Positions 49,533-61,481 of a DNA stretch of 64,000 bases are shown here, in pieces. A program made the translations under genes and the position numbers. Numbering within the stretch: position 1 is the stretch's first letter; each line of letters starts with the position of its first letter. The stretch is taken from the NCBI GenBank assembly GCA_030704615.1, contig CM060733.1:8122001-8186000 (forward strand). Reading direction: 5' to 3'. The stretch is from Takakia lepidozioides. Its lineage: Eukaryota; Plantae; Bryophyta. Below the pieces are notes generated by a model. The model was not told the DNA's origin. It was given only the letters and a program-made list of their open reading frames with translations, and did no database searches.

Positions 49533-52500
49533 CACTACAAGATATGAGCGTTTTTAGGACTACGGATTTGGCGGAGTCATAAAAACGGCACTAGGTATAC
49601 GACTACAAAGCGCTGAAATGCGTTGCAGTCATAGTTTTATCACTTTATAGTAATGGATATCACTACATGACTCCGGAAAATTAGGGAGCATTGGTCAAAC
49701 ATTGTTGACCATGATGACAAGGATGGTTTTATGACTAGTGTGATATGTTTGACTAGACGTGGACGACGTTTCATGGAAACTTGTGACTCCATGACTGAAG
49801 ATGGTTTTACAGCTCTATTTATACGACTACATCCCTACACGTGTCATTTTGAAAGCACATACATGAATGTATTCATCCATTGGATGAGTTTATCCATCAA
49901 TGACATGGCATGTAAACTTATGAGTCCCTTACTGCAAATTGTTTCATAACTCTATATATATGACTACATCACTACACATGTCATTTAAAAGGCATATACA
50001 TTAATGAATTCATTCAATGGATGGGTTCATCCATCCGCCTATACGGTGTGTCGATTTGATATATGTTCAATAAATTGGACCTGGATGGACGTGGCTTAAC
50101 AAGGATCGCAAGATATATGAGATTAAAATACGTGGTTGTACAAGGTTAGATCATGTGATGGAAATTATTTTGAATCGTTAGATTTTACAGGATCTAACGG
50201 TCTAGATTGTTTAAGATCTAACGGTTTAAGATTACACCGCCGAACTTTACACCGGGCTGGGACTTAGGCTTTTTTGTCTCCTGCGTTTCACCATCTATTT
50301 GATGTTGTGTCATGGAATGAGATGATCGCAGGATATGCAGGGGCGTGGGATGGAGGCTTTGCAGACCTTCCTACTCTTGAACAAATGATGCAGGAAGGAG
50401 AAGAGGAGGAGGAGAGGAGACGAGGAGAAGATCCCAACATTCTTGTAAGCTCGCCGTTTTTGGGAGAGAGACGAGACGAGGAGACGCTCGCCGTTCTTGG
50501 GAGAGTCAGCTTGGTCTTAGCAGGCCGTGTTTCAATCTCTGCCTGCTCAACTGCACCGTGGTGGTTCGATCTCACATACCAATCCAACATTACCTGACTA
50601 CAGATACAAGCAGCACACACAAGGGGTCCTTTTGGGCTGATGGTCGGTCAAATCCTCTATGGGTCATGATACAAGGTAAAGGACAATGTGGTGAGGATAC
50701 CTTCTTCTTTGACCTATTTCAGCCTGTTTTGCTCTGTTTGGCAGCATGAAAGTATCCAAAAACAGGTAATAGAGATGAGGAGAAGCTTTGGAATGAACAC
50801 TTTTCCGACCCCAGTCAATGGTGAGACAATGGAGACAAAAAGGTGAATGCATGTTGGACTACACTAGAGAGAAGTAGATGCAATTTAGAATTAGAACTAC
50901 TGTAATAATTAGGGTTGGGGTTTGCTGGAAGAACTTCACGCCGTCAGTGTCAGCTGCTAGCAGCAAGTATTCATGATTTGTACACAGACAGGGGTAGCTA
51001 AAGGACCAGGGATAGAGGTCCAGGTTCATCCAAGAGGGCCGGATTTCAAACACAAGATTAGTTCTGATTCCCCGTGGATCAATAGCTACAAGAACTTTGC
51101 TAATGAGAAAATGGTCTGCTAATGAAAGCACGTTTTTCAACACATTTCACCCTGTTTTTCCCTCTTATCAGAATCGGCCCTAAATTTCCATGTTGAATTC
51201 TGCAAGTTAGTTGGTTTAGTGAACTTGGGATAGTTTGGAGTGACTTTGATATGATATTGCCAATGTGACAACATGAAAGTATCCAAAAGAGGTAACAAAG
51301 ATGAGGAGAAGCTTTGGAATGAATACTTTTCTGACCCCAGTCAATGGTGGGACAACCAAGGCAAAAATATGAATACCTGTCAGATTACCAGATGTCATTT
51401 TGAACACTGCCCCTGCCTTGGTGGACATGTATGTCAAATGTGGGTGCATCGAGGATGCAAAGGGAGTGTTCAACACTATGGCTGAACGAGATGTGGTGTC
51501 ATGGAGTGCGATGTTTGCAGGGTATGCACAACAGGGGCGTGGGATGGAGGCTTTGGAGACCTATGAGCAAATTATGAGGGAAGAGATACTGAAGCCCGAC
51601 CACATAACGTGTGTATGTATGTGTTTGCAATGCGTGTGCAAGCTTGGCATCTGGAAAAGGGCAGAAGGTCTATGGTTGCATCGTCAAAGCTGCAAATGAA
51701 CCAGATGTCATTTTGAACACTCCCCTGGTGGACAATATGTATGCCAAATGTAGGTGTAGCAAGGATGCAAAGGGAGTGTTCAACAACATGGCTGAACAAG
51801 ATGTGGTGTCTTGGAGTACCATGATGACCACCTTCCCCGGTGACTCTCTCTCTCTCCCTCTCTCTCTCCCTCTCTCCAACTACTTGTTTGGGATTATCAA
51901 TTTTTTTCCATAATACTTATTTTGGAAATACTATATATTTTTAATCCCAATTTTTAAGGTTTCATCCATACTGAATGAAATTTCTGTTATAACCATAACT
52001 GGATGATTTATAGGCAGATATGCATTTCAATGCATTTTAGGTTTATGCTCCTTTGATTTAAACCTATTGAATGCCCATTTTTCATCTTGGTCTGATACCA
52101 TCCATACCGGATGGTGGATGAAATCGCGGGTGGTTTTCCTTTAAGTGTCTCTCTGCCCTAGACACAGCACGATATCGTGCGTGTTTTTTTTCTCTGGAAG
52201 AGGGCGATGGCGGACGAATGCTCGATGGTGGCTGAATGCCCGAGCAGCAAGATCCGAACGGGTGTGTTCTTGTTTTTTGAACGCCCGATGACGACAGACA
52301 CTTTCATCTCCCGCGATGGCAAATGACATACTGTTATGTTTGCCTACGTTTTTTCTTCATTGATGAAGCAGCGGCGGTTATGGAGGTGGGGAAGCGGACT
52401 GTATTACAAGATACAACATGTCCTCAACTCTCCTCCCGTTGCATTCTGTTGTGCTCGTTCAAATTCAGATAATGAACACTGCAACGTCCTACTCCACAAA

Positions 52501-54617
52501 AGATTGAGGTTCTTTGTGGTGTCACATCTATGCTTTCTTCTGCTGGTTCTGTGATCTTTGCATGCTTTATAGCTCATACCTGACATGGATAGCAACTGTG
52601 AAATCCTGTAATTCACCTCGCGCATCCTCACTAACGCACAAAACATTTTTTGTGTTTGTTTTTGGGACGGGCGCAAGTGAGGGATTTCACTTGGCATGAA
52701 CTCTTTGGCTTGCAGATGATCTGGTTACTGCAAGAGGGATAAGATATGCTGCAAGCTGCCGTTGTTGCAATTTTCTGCTTCAAAGCTGCTTCAAGGGGGA
52801 TATGCCTTAAACCTTTATTTTGATTTCTGGTTCTTGGTAACCAAATCTGTTAAGTCAGGGAAGTAAATGGGCTGGGCCTCCTAGAAATCAGACCTTATTG
52901 TGAAGGTTTGGGCTGGTTGTGATGACAAGGGTTTGGTGATGCAAGTGTGACATTGGATGCATTTTTCCAGACCTGTTTTCTGGCCTTTTGGAGAGTCAGA
53001 CAGTGTTGTTTATGCCTCACCAGTTTAGAATGTATTAAGTAAGGCATTGGGTAAGCCTTTTTAAGAACACATACATTCTTTCAGGCTCCCCCATGGAGAT
53101 TATAACCTGATTACAGACTGGTATTTTTGAGGATCTCTCTAAAACTTGACAGAGTGACTGGATAAGGCCTTGGGATACATACCATAGCCCTGCATCTACT
53201 TATGGAGTACAATCAGTTCAGCTTGTGCTTTTAGGAACATACAAGTCCTTTAAAGCTGTAATAGGGAATTGTTTTCATCAAAGCTCTCACTCTTAGGCCT
53301 GCTGGAATGGTTTTCTCAAAGACCTGTTGAGCTTACAACATACTTGTTTAAGCTATTTGAACCCAAGAATTACCAAGCCAGTATTTTTAAAGGGCTTTTT
53401 TTATTACGAACTGTATTCTTAAGCTCCCCCCAGAGATTGGGAATGTGACATGGTAATGACTCTCTCTCTCTATCTCTCCTCCTCTGATACATGATACATA
53501 TATACATGATTTGTGCAAAGGCATGGATAGCTGAAGGAGCAGGGATAGAGTGCATGGGTCCAGATTCATCCAAGAGGGCCGGATTTCAATCTCCAGATTA
53601 CATATGATTCCTTGTGGAAGGATAGCTACAAGAAACTTGCATGGATAGATGATCAATTGGTTGGTCTTGAGCTGAAGAGCACGACCCCTGCAGGGATGTC
53701 TCTCCATCTGTAGATCTTCTAGGAAGTGGAAGGCTAGGCCTAGGGCCCAGCTTTCTTATGACATTGTTAGCTGATTTTCAGTTCTTCTCCTTAGCTCGGT
53801 GCCTTTCTGTTTCCAAGTTATGGCAGTAGTTTCTGGCTGTAGTCTCTTTTCCTGCTAGACTCTTTAGCTCTATGCAGACCCCCTTCTTTGCTTGCCTTCC
53901 TTCTTACTACTCTTTCTTGTCTTGGTACACGAAGCTGTGTCTTCCTCTTTCAGCCTCTATGGCACTCTATCCAGAGGTTATTTTTCCTCTTTGTATCCAA
54001 GGACATTTTATGTCCATTACCTATAAAGTTCTAGAGGCCACTGTCCCCCACTGTCCCTCTTTGTTAACAAAAATAAAAATAATAAAAAAAGACAACAATG
54101 GCTTCCATTCTATTTTCCTAGAAACCTAATGATAATTTAAATCAATTAATAATCTAAATATTATAATTGTATGATTTAATTTATTAAATTAAAATATTAT
54201 TAAAAAACCTCTTTAGTCATGAAGTTATATACTCATGACTACATCATGGCAACGTGGCATTATATGATACGATATTCTTTCCCACGTGTGGGTCATATAT
54301 ATTGTCCATGTGGGCACGTGTCACATCCGGAGTGCTACATATGTCTCTCTGACGCCTCTCCAATTGGAGTTATACTTTGTAGACATGTAGTCATATAGTT
54401 AGTCATATATATATCATATAGTTGTGACTACATCCTCTCTACAGCATGACTCCAGGTGCCACGCACGCAGTCACGGCTATGACTTGCAAAACGCAGTCCT
54501 AAAGACTAGTCGTTATGACAGGGCTTTTTTCACTGCAGAGTGATATAGTCATGAACGCATATAGGACTGAAAAAATAGTCATATGTGCAGTCATAAAAAC
54601 GCTCATCTGTTGTAGTG
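49533..54617 (+). mobile_element. Non-autonomous CACTA element B (Pack-type), inverted relative to A
   Basis: Termini CACTACAAGATATGAGCGTTTTT and AAAAACGCTCATCTGTTGTAGTG, 3-bp TSD TTA (49530-49532 and 54618-54620). Its left end matches the right end of A and vice versa. Cargo includes EEKLWNEYFSDPSQWWDNQGK and PPR repeats. Confidence 0.92.
51273..51830 (+). pseudogene. PDF-motif exon abutting PLS-PPR repeats inside CACTA B
   Basis: EEKLWNEYFSDPSQWWDNQGK followed by ALVDMYVKCGCIEDAKGVFNTMAERDVVSWSAMFAGYAQQGRG, frameshifted. Confidence 0.8.
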
Positions 54618-55023
54618 TTATAATGATCGATTGTTAATGTGCAGTCCCGAATTAGTTGTGGCGATTAGCCGCCTGACTTCATTTCTCCAGGCCACTTGTC
54701 AGAATCGACATCCTTCACGCTTATTCCAGAGTCTGCTGTCAGAGCCGCACGATAATGATGCCAGACTTGTAGTCCTACTAACGTATAAGTACGATAGAAT
54801 TCAGTCTGATCGCGGCCGTTATCGTTTGTTCCATAATTAATGTGACAATGGCTGTTGTCAATAAATGGAAAATTGTGCACACTTTCAATGAAGCCGAGAT
54901 TTCGCGAGTTGAAATAAGCCATTCGATTCCGCCTTAATCCACGGTGGCCACAATCGATCCGAGAGAGAAAGCATACCACACTGCCATTGGAGCGATTCAA
55001 AGATGAAAGTTACATGTCACCTC

Positions 55024-55030
55024 TATATAA
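55024..55030 (+). promoter_or_regulatory. Candidate TATA box of the plus-arm gene
   Basis: TATATAA followed by a pyrimidine-rich leader and a probable 5'UTR intron before the ATG at 55747. Confidence 0.35.
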
Positions 55031-55746
55031 CGTCCGAATCCACACAACACCAACTTCCCACTTTGAACCTCGCACTTGCTTCTTTTCTCTCACGCACCTC
55101 TCTGGACATCCTGCACCTCTCTGGACAACGTATACCTCTTTGCCTGTCCTGCACCACTCTGCCCATAGGGTACTTCTGAAGCAGCCTCTGAGTCTCTCCC
55201 TGCTTCCTTAGTCAGGTGTCAACTGCACATTTCTCACGTAGGATAGTATGATACTCAATTTTTTGTGTACTCTCCATGTGCACCAGCTAAACTTGCTTTT
55301 GTTTGTCTAAAGTTACTCCCAAACCTCCACTGGGCAGTCGCCACATTATTATTCATCCATCCATAGAATCATTTTTTCATCTATAGAGGGCTTCTTCATT
55401 ATCCATTGTTCATCCATGTGGTTGATTTCATCAACAGATATCATCCAACCTCCACTACCCAGTGGAGGTTGGCAATTGTGACTTCATCTGACAGTTCCGA
55501 TAGATGTAGTCTATACTCCGCCCTCATACTCCAATTTAATTCCAATTATTTTTTACCAGTCCCAGTGTAGATCCAAACATTGACTTTACTTTTTCAATCC
55601 ATATTGTTTTCTCATTCAAAACCGTTGAAAAAGTTATACTTAAAGTTTCTCCTTTCGGTGGCAAGACTTTCTTTCCTTCAGTTAATCTTCAGTCCAGTAA
55701 TAGGATTTTACTGGACCTCCACTGCCCAGTGGAGGTTACTAACTTC

Positions 55747-56410
55747 ATGGGGTTCCAAGTAGGCCAAAAGGTGTTTCTGTCGCTTCCTGGATCTCCTTCA
55801 GTTGTTGCCTCAGGAGATTGCCTGAATGTTTATGGGGATGGAACTTGCCACGGACACCACTTGTGTTCGTCCACCATTTCAGTTACCCTGATCTTTTGTG
55901 ATGACGCATTCGGCTCCTGTCCTCTGCCTTATCGACACATGGATGCTGACACATTGAAGGAGGCGATTGGGACTCCAGTTGTGTGGGATGTGTCATGTGT
56001 TCGCACGCATGAAACTGTGGATTCATCATCCCCGAGAAACCCAGGATGTCATTCCATCACAGAAGGTAGTGATTATCAAGGACAAAGCACTGAAAGCAAT
56101 GATATTCCGTCCAACGATGAGACAAGGGGGGATCTGCCTGCAGGTCTGGGGAGAGAATGTTGGAGAAACTTGCAGTGTCTTCTTCTTGGGGAGGACGGAA
56201 ACGCCCTGTTCGAAGGCTGAATTCAGGCATGCATTCCTAACGAAATCATTCTGAATGACAAACTCGGAGAGGACGATGTTGGGGTTCTGGTCACCAGAAC
56301 AATCTCTGGAGAGTCCGGTTCACTGATGTCGATTGTGAAATGGCCGTTAACAAAAACAAGACTTCTTGAAAATGGCCAGATACTCTCCGTTGATCTCAAA
56401 AATTTCCTAT
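55747..56410 (+). pseudogene. Two tandem Tnp1/En-Spm-like accessory domains
   Basis: VVASGDCL..CHGHHL..ISVTL..CPLPY..TLKEAIGTPVVW fits the VA.G..HG..L..V..LP..A.G..V.W pattern. A second, diverged copy has an in-frame stop. Confidence 0.55.
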
Positions 56411-56582
56411 GATCATGCAGTGACATGGAGAATGACGACCATGGTACAGGCGTATTGAAAGCAGCATACAGACATTTTACTAGGAAGAAAAATCCATCCA
56501 ATATGGAGGACTCAAAAAAGTGCAAGAAAAATCTTACTTTGGATGAAGTGAGGTCGGTGAGCAGCACCTAGCTCCAAGGAGC

Positions 56583-57187
56583 ATGGTTTACAGGCCGTTA
56601 AATATCAAGCATAAGGACGAAGTGAAAGCGCGACTCTTCCAACTTCATTTGTTCGACTCCAAACATCCGGTGTATCTTGCGCCAATCAACCCTTCCACTC
56701 CAGAGAAGATTGCTTCATCGGGACCGAAAACAATGGAAGGAGACGGACGTATCAAGGTTCTTCGTAATTGGTGGACTACACACCATTGTGGCAGCAAAGG
56801 TAATGGACTTCATTTCCTCCCAGACCTCTCTTTTAACGAACCTCCACTGGGCAGTGGAGGTTGGTGTTGAACTACAAAATTGGATATATCCCCATACTTT
56901 CAACTCTCTCACCCATTTTACATTAATTGTAGCAGGAACTTCTCGAGGATCTTGCCGACAGCAAACTGAAGGAGTACTACCGGGAGTGGCCTGTGAAGAT
57001 TGTATGGTCTACCAATGAACAAAGGCTCCTGAAGTTGTCAAAGCTCCTCAACGATCCCAATAAGGCGCAAAAGTTTGATACAACAATGCCGGAGAAAGTT
57101 GCGCATGCGCGAATGTTATTCAACCTGAGGGGGAAGCCAAAGAAATACAACGATCACACCACCAAGTCCGAGACGAAACAATGGAAG
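56583..57187 (+). pseudogene. ParB/Sulfiredoxin-like domain
   Basis: YRPLNIKHKDEVKARL..PVYLAP..(frameshift)..FFVIGGLHTIVAAK|intron|..WPVKIVWSTNEQRLLKLSKLLN, resembling ParB R...P..V....Y.lI.G.HR..A....pv.i.........N. Confidence 0.55.
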
Positions 57188-57806
57188 GTATGCATTTATG
57201 GAATCAAAATCTACTATTCACATTCATTTTATGCTAAAAAATACTTTTGTTGTTGGAGTGACAACTAATTTATCCCTGAATGAATGTGCAGGAGTTCATG
57301 TTTGCCTGTCATTTGATACTTGAAATGGGTAGCATTAAGGAGGCAATGGTCATGGTAATTTGCGACAACGACGTTTGGAAGATCTCGGAAGATGTTTTCA
57401 AAAATTGGGAGCAGGGAAAGCTACTCGACCCGCTTGGGATATAGTACATGGGTGAACAGCAACAACTCACGAAATCTGCTATCGCAAAGCTGCAATGGTT
57501 GAACAGATGGTAGCTAATGAAAGTTGCGAAGAAAATCCTGGACCTGAAATTGACCATTCGAGATTACAAAGGTCAAGACAAATCAATGCGAGGCATGAAC
57601 AAGTACATAGACGACATGAAAATGCGCCGGTTTATTGTCGACGATGTGATGGAAGTGTTGGGGTGGCCTCGGAGGAGCAAACAATGCACGGAACCATACA
57701 CTAAGGACGAGTGGCGTGAAGTGAAGAGAAAGTACCACTTCAATAAGGCACAGTTCTCAACATTTAAAGACAAACTGGGACGGATTACATCCAAAGCAAG
57801 ATCAAG

Positions 57807-58700
57807 ATGAACATGGAGACAAAACCACTCACGGCCGCTTTTGTTAAGTACGTCTCCTCCATCAAGAAAGCTTATGAGGATAGAGAGGATGCCATGGCGA
57901 TTATTTCAGCGAGTTTCAAGACTCATTACGCTATCATGGGTGGAGAAACAAAATTCGCCAATGCCAAGTCCTGTCTGCGACTCGCACCGAAGAAACGGTT
58001 TGACAACATAGCGATGGTGTTAGTCAATACAGTTTCTGAAGACGACTTTGTCGTATTTGAGTCCAAGGATTATGTGAACATACTGGAGGCCTTTGTGGCT
58101 CAGAAAATGAACACGAGTGCTTTTGTTTTCTTCTCGACGCAACCGTCCTCGGCCAATCTGGTCTCCTACATCCAAAATGGTCCCGGAAGAACATCGTATC
58201 TTGTCCGTCAGGGATTTTATGTTCCGGGAGAGTATGAAAATATTTACAAAAACAACACGAAGACTTTCTCTCGTACTGTACTGTGCCTGGACTATGTTTT
58301 CCCAGCGACACCTGAGGAGATGCAGAATCCGGACGAGCACATCTCCACCGTCCTGTTAATCGAGCCAATACAGCCGATTCTGGAAGGGCCCTCTGAGAAG
58401 CCATCAGCTTTTGAAGAAGAGTGCATGACTTATAATCATGAGCTACAAGCTGACACATACGACTATTTGGCCTCTATGTTTTGTCGAGACGGGATGTCCG
58501 CTGTCAACATCTTCAGAGGCGTGATGTTGACGTACGCCCTTCATGTAAGTGTAAAACTTTTTTACATTTTAAATACGAATTTTATATTTTTTATCGAACA
58601 CGTCCTCTGTTTTACTGACTGGATTTATCTGCAGGCAAGAAACATTGGAGTGCTTGACATCAACCACTCAACCAAAAAAAAGTTATGCAAAGGAAAAGTT
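57807..58700 (+). pseudogene. Degenerate beta-class N4C/N6A DNA methyltransferase-like domain
   Basis: NIAMVLVNTVS sits at the DPPY-motif position. ELQADTYDYLASMFCRDGMSAVNIFRG..ALH|ARNIGVLDI parallels KP..L..LI..FS..GD.VLDPF.G....A....R..IG.D. The catalytic and SAM-binding motifs are non-canonical. Confidence 0.45.
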
Positions 58701-59074
58701 GAAGCGAATTTTAAGAAGATTCAAATTGAGAATGACAATGTTGCTGAAGAGGTTGACGGCGGAGACGATGATGAGGATGAGGAGGAGGAAGATGAAGACT
58801 TGGAAGAAGGAGGCGGACATTCCGAACACGGAGAGGAGGACGAGGGCATCGATGGTAACGGGGACAACGAGGGCCACGATGGTGACAATGCCAACCGTTG
58901 GGAGGCTGGACACCTAGATGTGATTCAACATTTTCTTCTTTCTCTCCACTTTACAGCAATCAAGTGTCTTACAACACTCGTCCTTAATAATAAATGATTG
59001 AAAGCTAAGAGTAATCATGCTTCACCATCAAGGGGTGCGGAGGCGAGCTCAATCGAGGTGCGCAACAATTTTAT

Positions 59075-59330
59075 TGGGAGTGCAGACGACTGGTTCAAAC
59101 CTGTAGAAGGGGACGAGCCGGCGCCAATGTCCCCGTCTCCCGCCAAAGAGAGGGTAGAGAGAGCGAGAACAAAGAGCCCGTGTCCCACAAAAGACAGCGG
59201 ACACAGAGGGAGGACTAAGAGCCCGTCCCCCGCAAAAATGGACAGTGGTGACAGAGCCAGGACTAAAAGCCCGTCTCCAAGAAAAAACAGCGGAGGCAGA
59301 GGCCAAACTCAGAGCCCAACTCGCTCTCAA
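59075..59330 (+). repeat. Coding tandem repeats (G.R.RTKSPSP.K.S) x4, following an acidic tract at 58740-58890
   Basis: RARTKSPCPTKDSGHRGRTKSPSPAKMDSGDRARTKSPSPRKNSGGRGQTQSP in ORF 58998-59372. Confidence 0.75.
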
Positions 59331-59959
59331 AGTGTCACCCAGCATGTCAATTTGGATGTAGGTAACGAATGACACCTGGAGATTTATGGTGTCTTTAAGC
59401 ATTATAAATGGAACAAATTGTGTGTATTGCATCTGGTTGTGTTCTGGTTGTGTTTTTGGCAATACCTGATCTGTATCTTAATATTTCCCACCTTCTTGAA
59501 CTTTAAATGTGACTGACGGTAAGAAAACTCGTATAGATCCATGAACGGAAATTGGAGGAAATCACACAAACCCGGACAGAATCCATCGCGACTCAAACAG
59601 TGAGGAGGCAGGTGGACTTAACAATAAGGGTTAGCCCAATTGATCCGGTCAAACAAACAACCTCCACTGCCCAGTCGACGTTGCGAGATGGAGGAGATGA
59701 GCCGGAGATGGTCGTTGCTCACTGCGAAGGAAAAGAGAGCGAGCAGCAACAGCAGTAAATTCGGAACCCCTCCCCGAAATGGGTATACACCTCATAACCA
59801 TCTTAGCTATGTTCTTCTTTGTCCTTCTTCTAGTTTTCAAAATAAATTAATTGTTATGTTATTCCACAGGATGATATGATTCACCCTCCAATCGACTATC
59901 ACAAATCTGTGAACCCACAAGATTGGTATCGCCTCTCTGAGGGACCGAAAGGATCTCGA

Positions 59960-60670
59960 CCAGGATACTACGTCCTGGTTCTTGACGTCGGTTACCTTGG
60001 TGAGGTTTACCTCCGAGATGGCGCGACATCCCCTCCCGCAACCCATCCTTGTGTGTGCGCTGGAAAATTCAAGCTTGCAGTCCGAAATGGGTTGGACGAC
60101 TTCCTGAAATGAGTCCTTAAGCATTTTGAGGTCTACTTTTGGAACATTGGACCGTTAGAAAATGTCCTGGATATAGGGCTGGCTTTGTTTGGAAGAAGGT
60201 TTTACAAGGTCAGGGAATTCAGCAATGAGAACTGTGTGAAGCATAGACAGACGTTCAGTGCCGAATGGCCCAAATATCCGAAAGCGCCAATATATCTTAA
60301 ACGTCTCTACGACCTTTTCACTGTAGATGACCCTGTAGCATACAAATCAAACACACTTCTTATCGACACTGTAGAAAATACGTATAAGTCGTACTTGAAC
60401 CCAAAGTCGTTCGGTATCTTCCTTCCAAAATATAAAGCGCTCGTCGACCCATACAAGGACAGGTTTCTTCTTGATGAACTCAAACCGCACCTGGAAGAGT
60501 TGCGGTTATCCGGAAAAGACGCTGATATACTCAACGTGGAAAAACCCATAGGATGTCCACCGTATAATGACCCAAAGGTCAAATGCCTCTTGCTATGGGA
60601 TTTGCAGTGGCAGGTTTATTTTAGAAAACAAAAATTTCCTGACGCTTCATTGGAACAGTTTGAAACGTAG
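59960..60670 (+). pseudogene. FCP1/NIF-like HAD domain, copy 1
   Basis: VLVLDVG..AVRNGLDDFLK*VLKHFEVYFW..IYLKRL..NTLLID..KSYLNP..DRFL..LKPHLEEL, with an in-frame stop. Confidence 0.7.
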
Positions 60671-60786
60671 ATGGCTGCTCTAGATTTTCATGAACCTCGA
60701 CTGTCTAGTAGACGTTGCTCCCAATGTCAATCCTGTCCTTGGTTTATCTTGATTACCACCTGAGTGGATGTATGAATTTCTCACAG

Positions 60787-61481
60787 ATTGCAGCACCAGT
60801 TTCTCCAGTTGCGAAAGGATTGCGTTTGATAATTTTTGACCTGAATGGAGTTTTGTGCAAAGTCTTGAAGCACCAGAAGAGCTACAGTGTCCCCCGAATG
60901 TCCGAGACAGACTACAGGATACCAGCTCTTGTTGGATTTCGACTTGTCTATAGGCGGGAAAAATATCGTGAGGTGTGGACAGAGTTGAACAAACATTTCC
61001 GTCTAGGTATATGGAGCTGCATGATGTACAAGAACTTACAGCCTATCCTGGACTTTATGCTTCGGGGTCTTCCTCAGCCGGCATTCGTTATGTCTCAGGA
61101 AGATTGTATCTCATGTCCTACTTCTGTCCACCCTCAATTTATATCAGGATACGACTTGCCGAGTCTGTTCTTGAAGCCATTGACGACGGTCTGACAAAGA
61201 TTTGGTGGTCAGTACAACCTGAGTAATACTCTACTTATTGACGATTCAGCTATTAAGTGTGTGTTGAATCCGTTGAGACGGACTCTTGCTATCTCCAGAA
61301 GGTTCTTCAGAAATATTTGCTTGAAATGAAGAAATCTCACACCGTTTCCAGTTATCTCAGGGAAAAGAGGATAGGACTTAAGCCTTGTCAGAATGTTTCC
61401 ACCGATCCCAAGTTTAAGCCTCTCCTGGATTATGTTGATGATTCTAATTACGGGAATCTCCGATATGATGCTTCAAAATAA
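60787..61481 (+). pseudogene. FCP1/NIF-like HAD domain, copy 2
   Basis: LRLIIFDLNGVLC..VYRR..HFRLGIWSC..FVMSQEDC..LFLKPL..*..NTLLIDDSAIKCVLNP. Confidence 0.8.

Noticed and set aside
52760-54060. Possible LINE ORF1 remnant (degenerate zinc knuckle) inside CACTA B
   Set aside because: Too decayed to call by eye; needs BLASTX.
45764-54617. A single 8.85-kb CACTA element defined by the outer inverted repeats
   Set aside because: The outer flanks differ (ATA vs TTA), while the inner termini give two perfect TSD pairs, so there are two elements.
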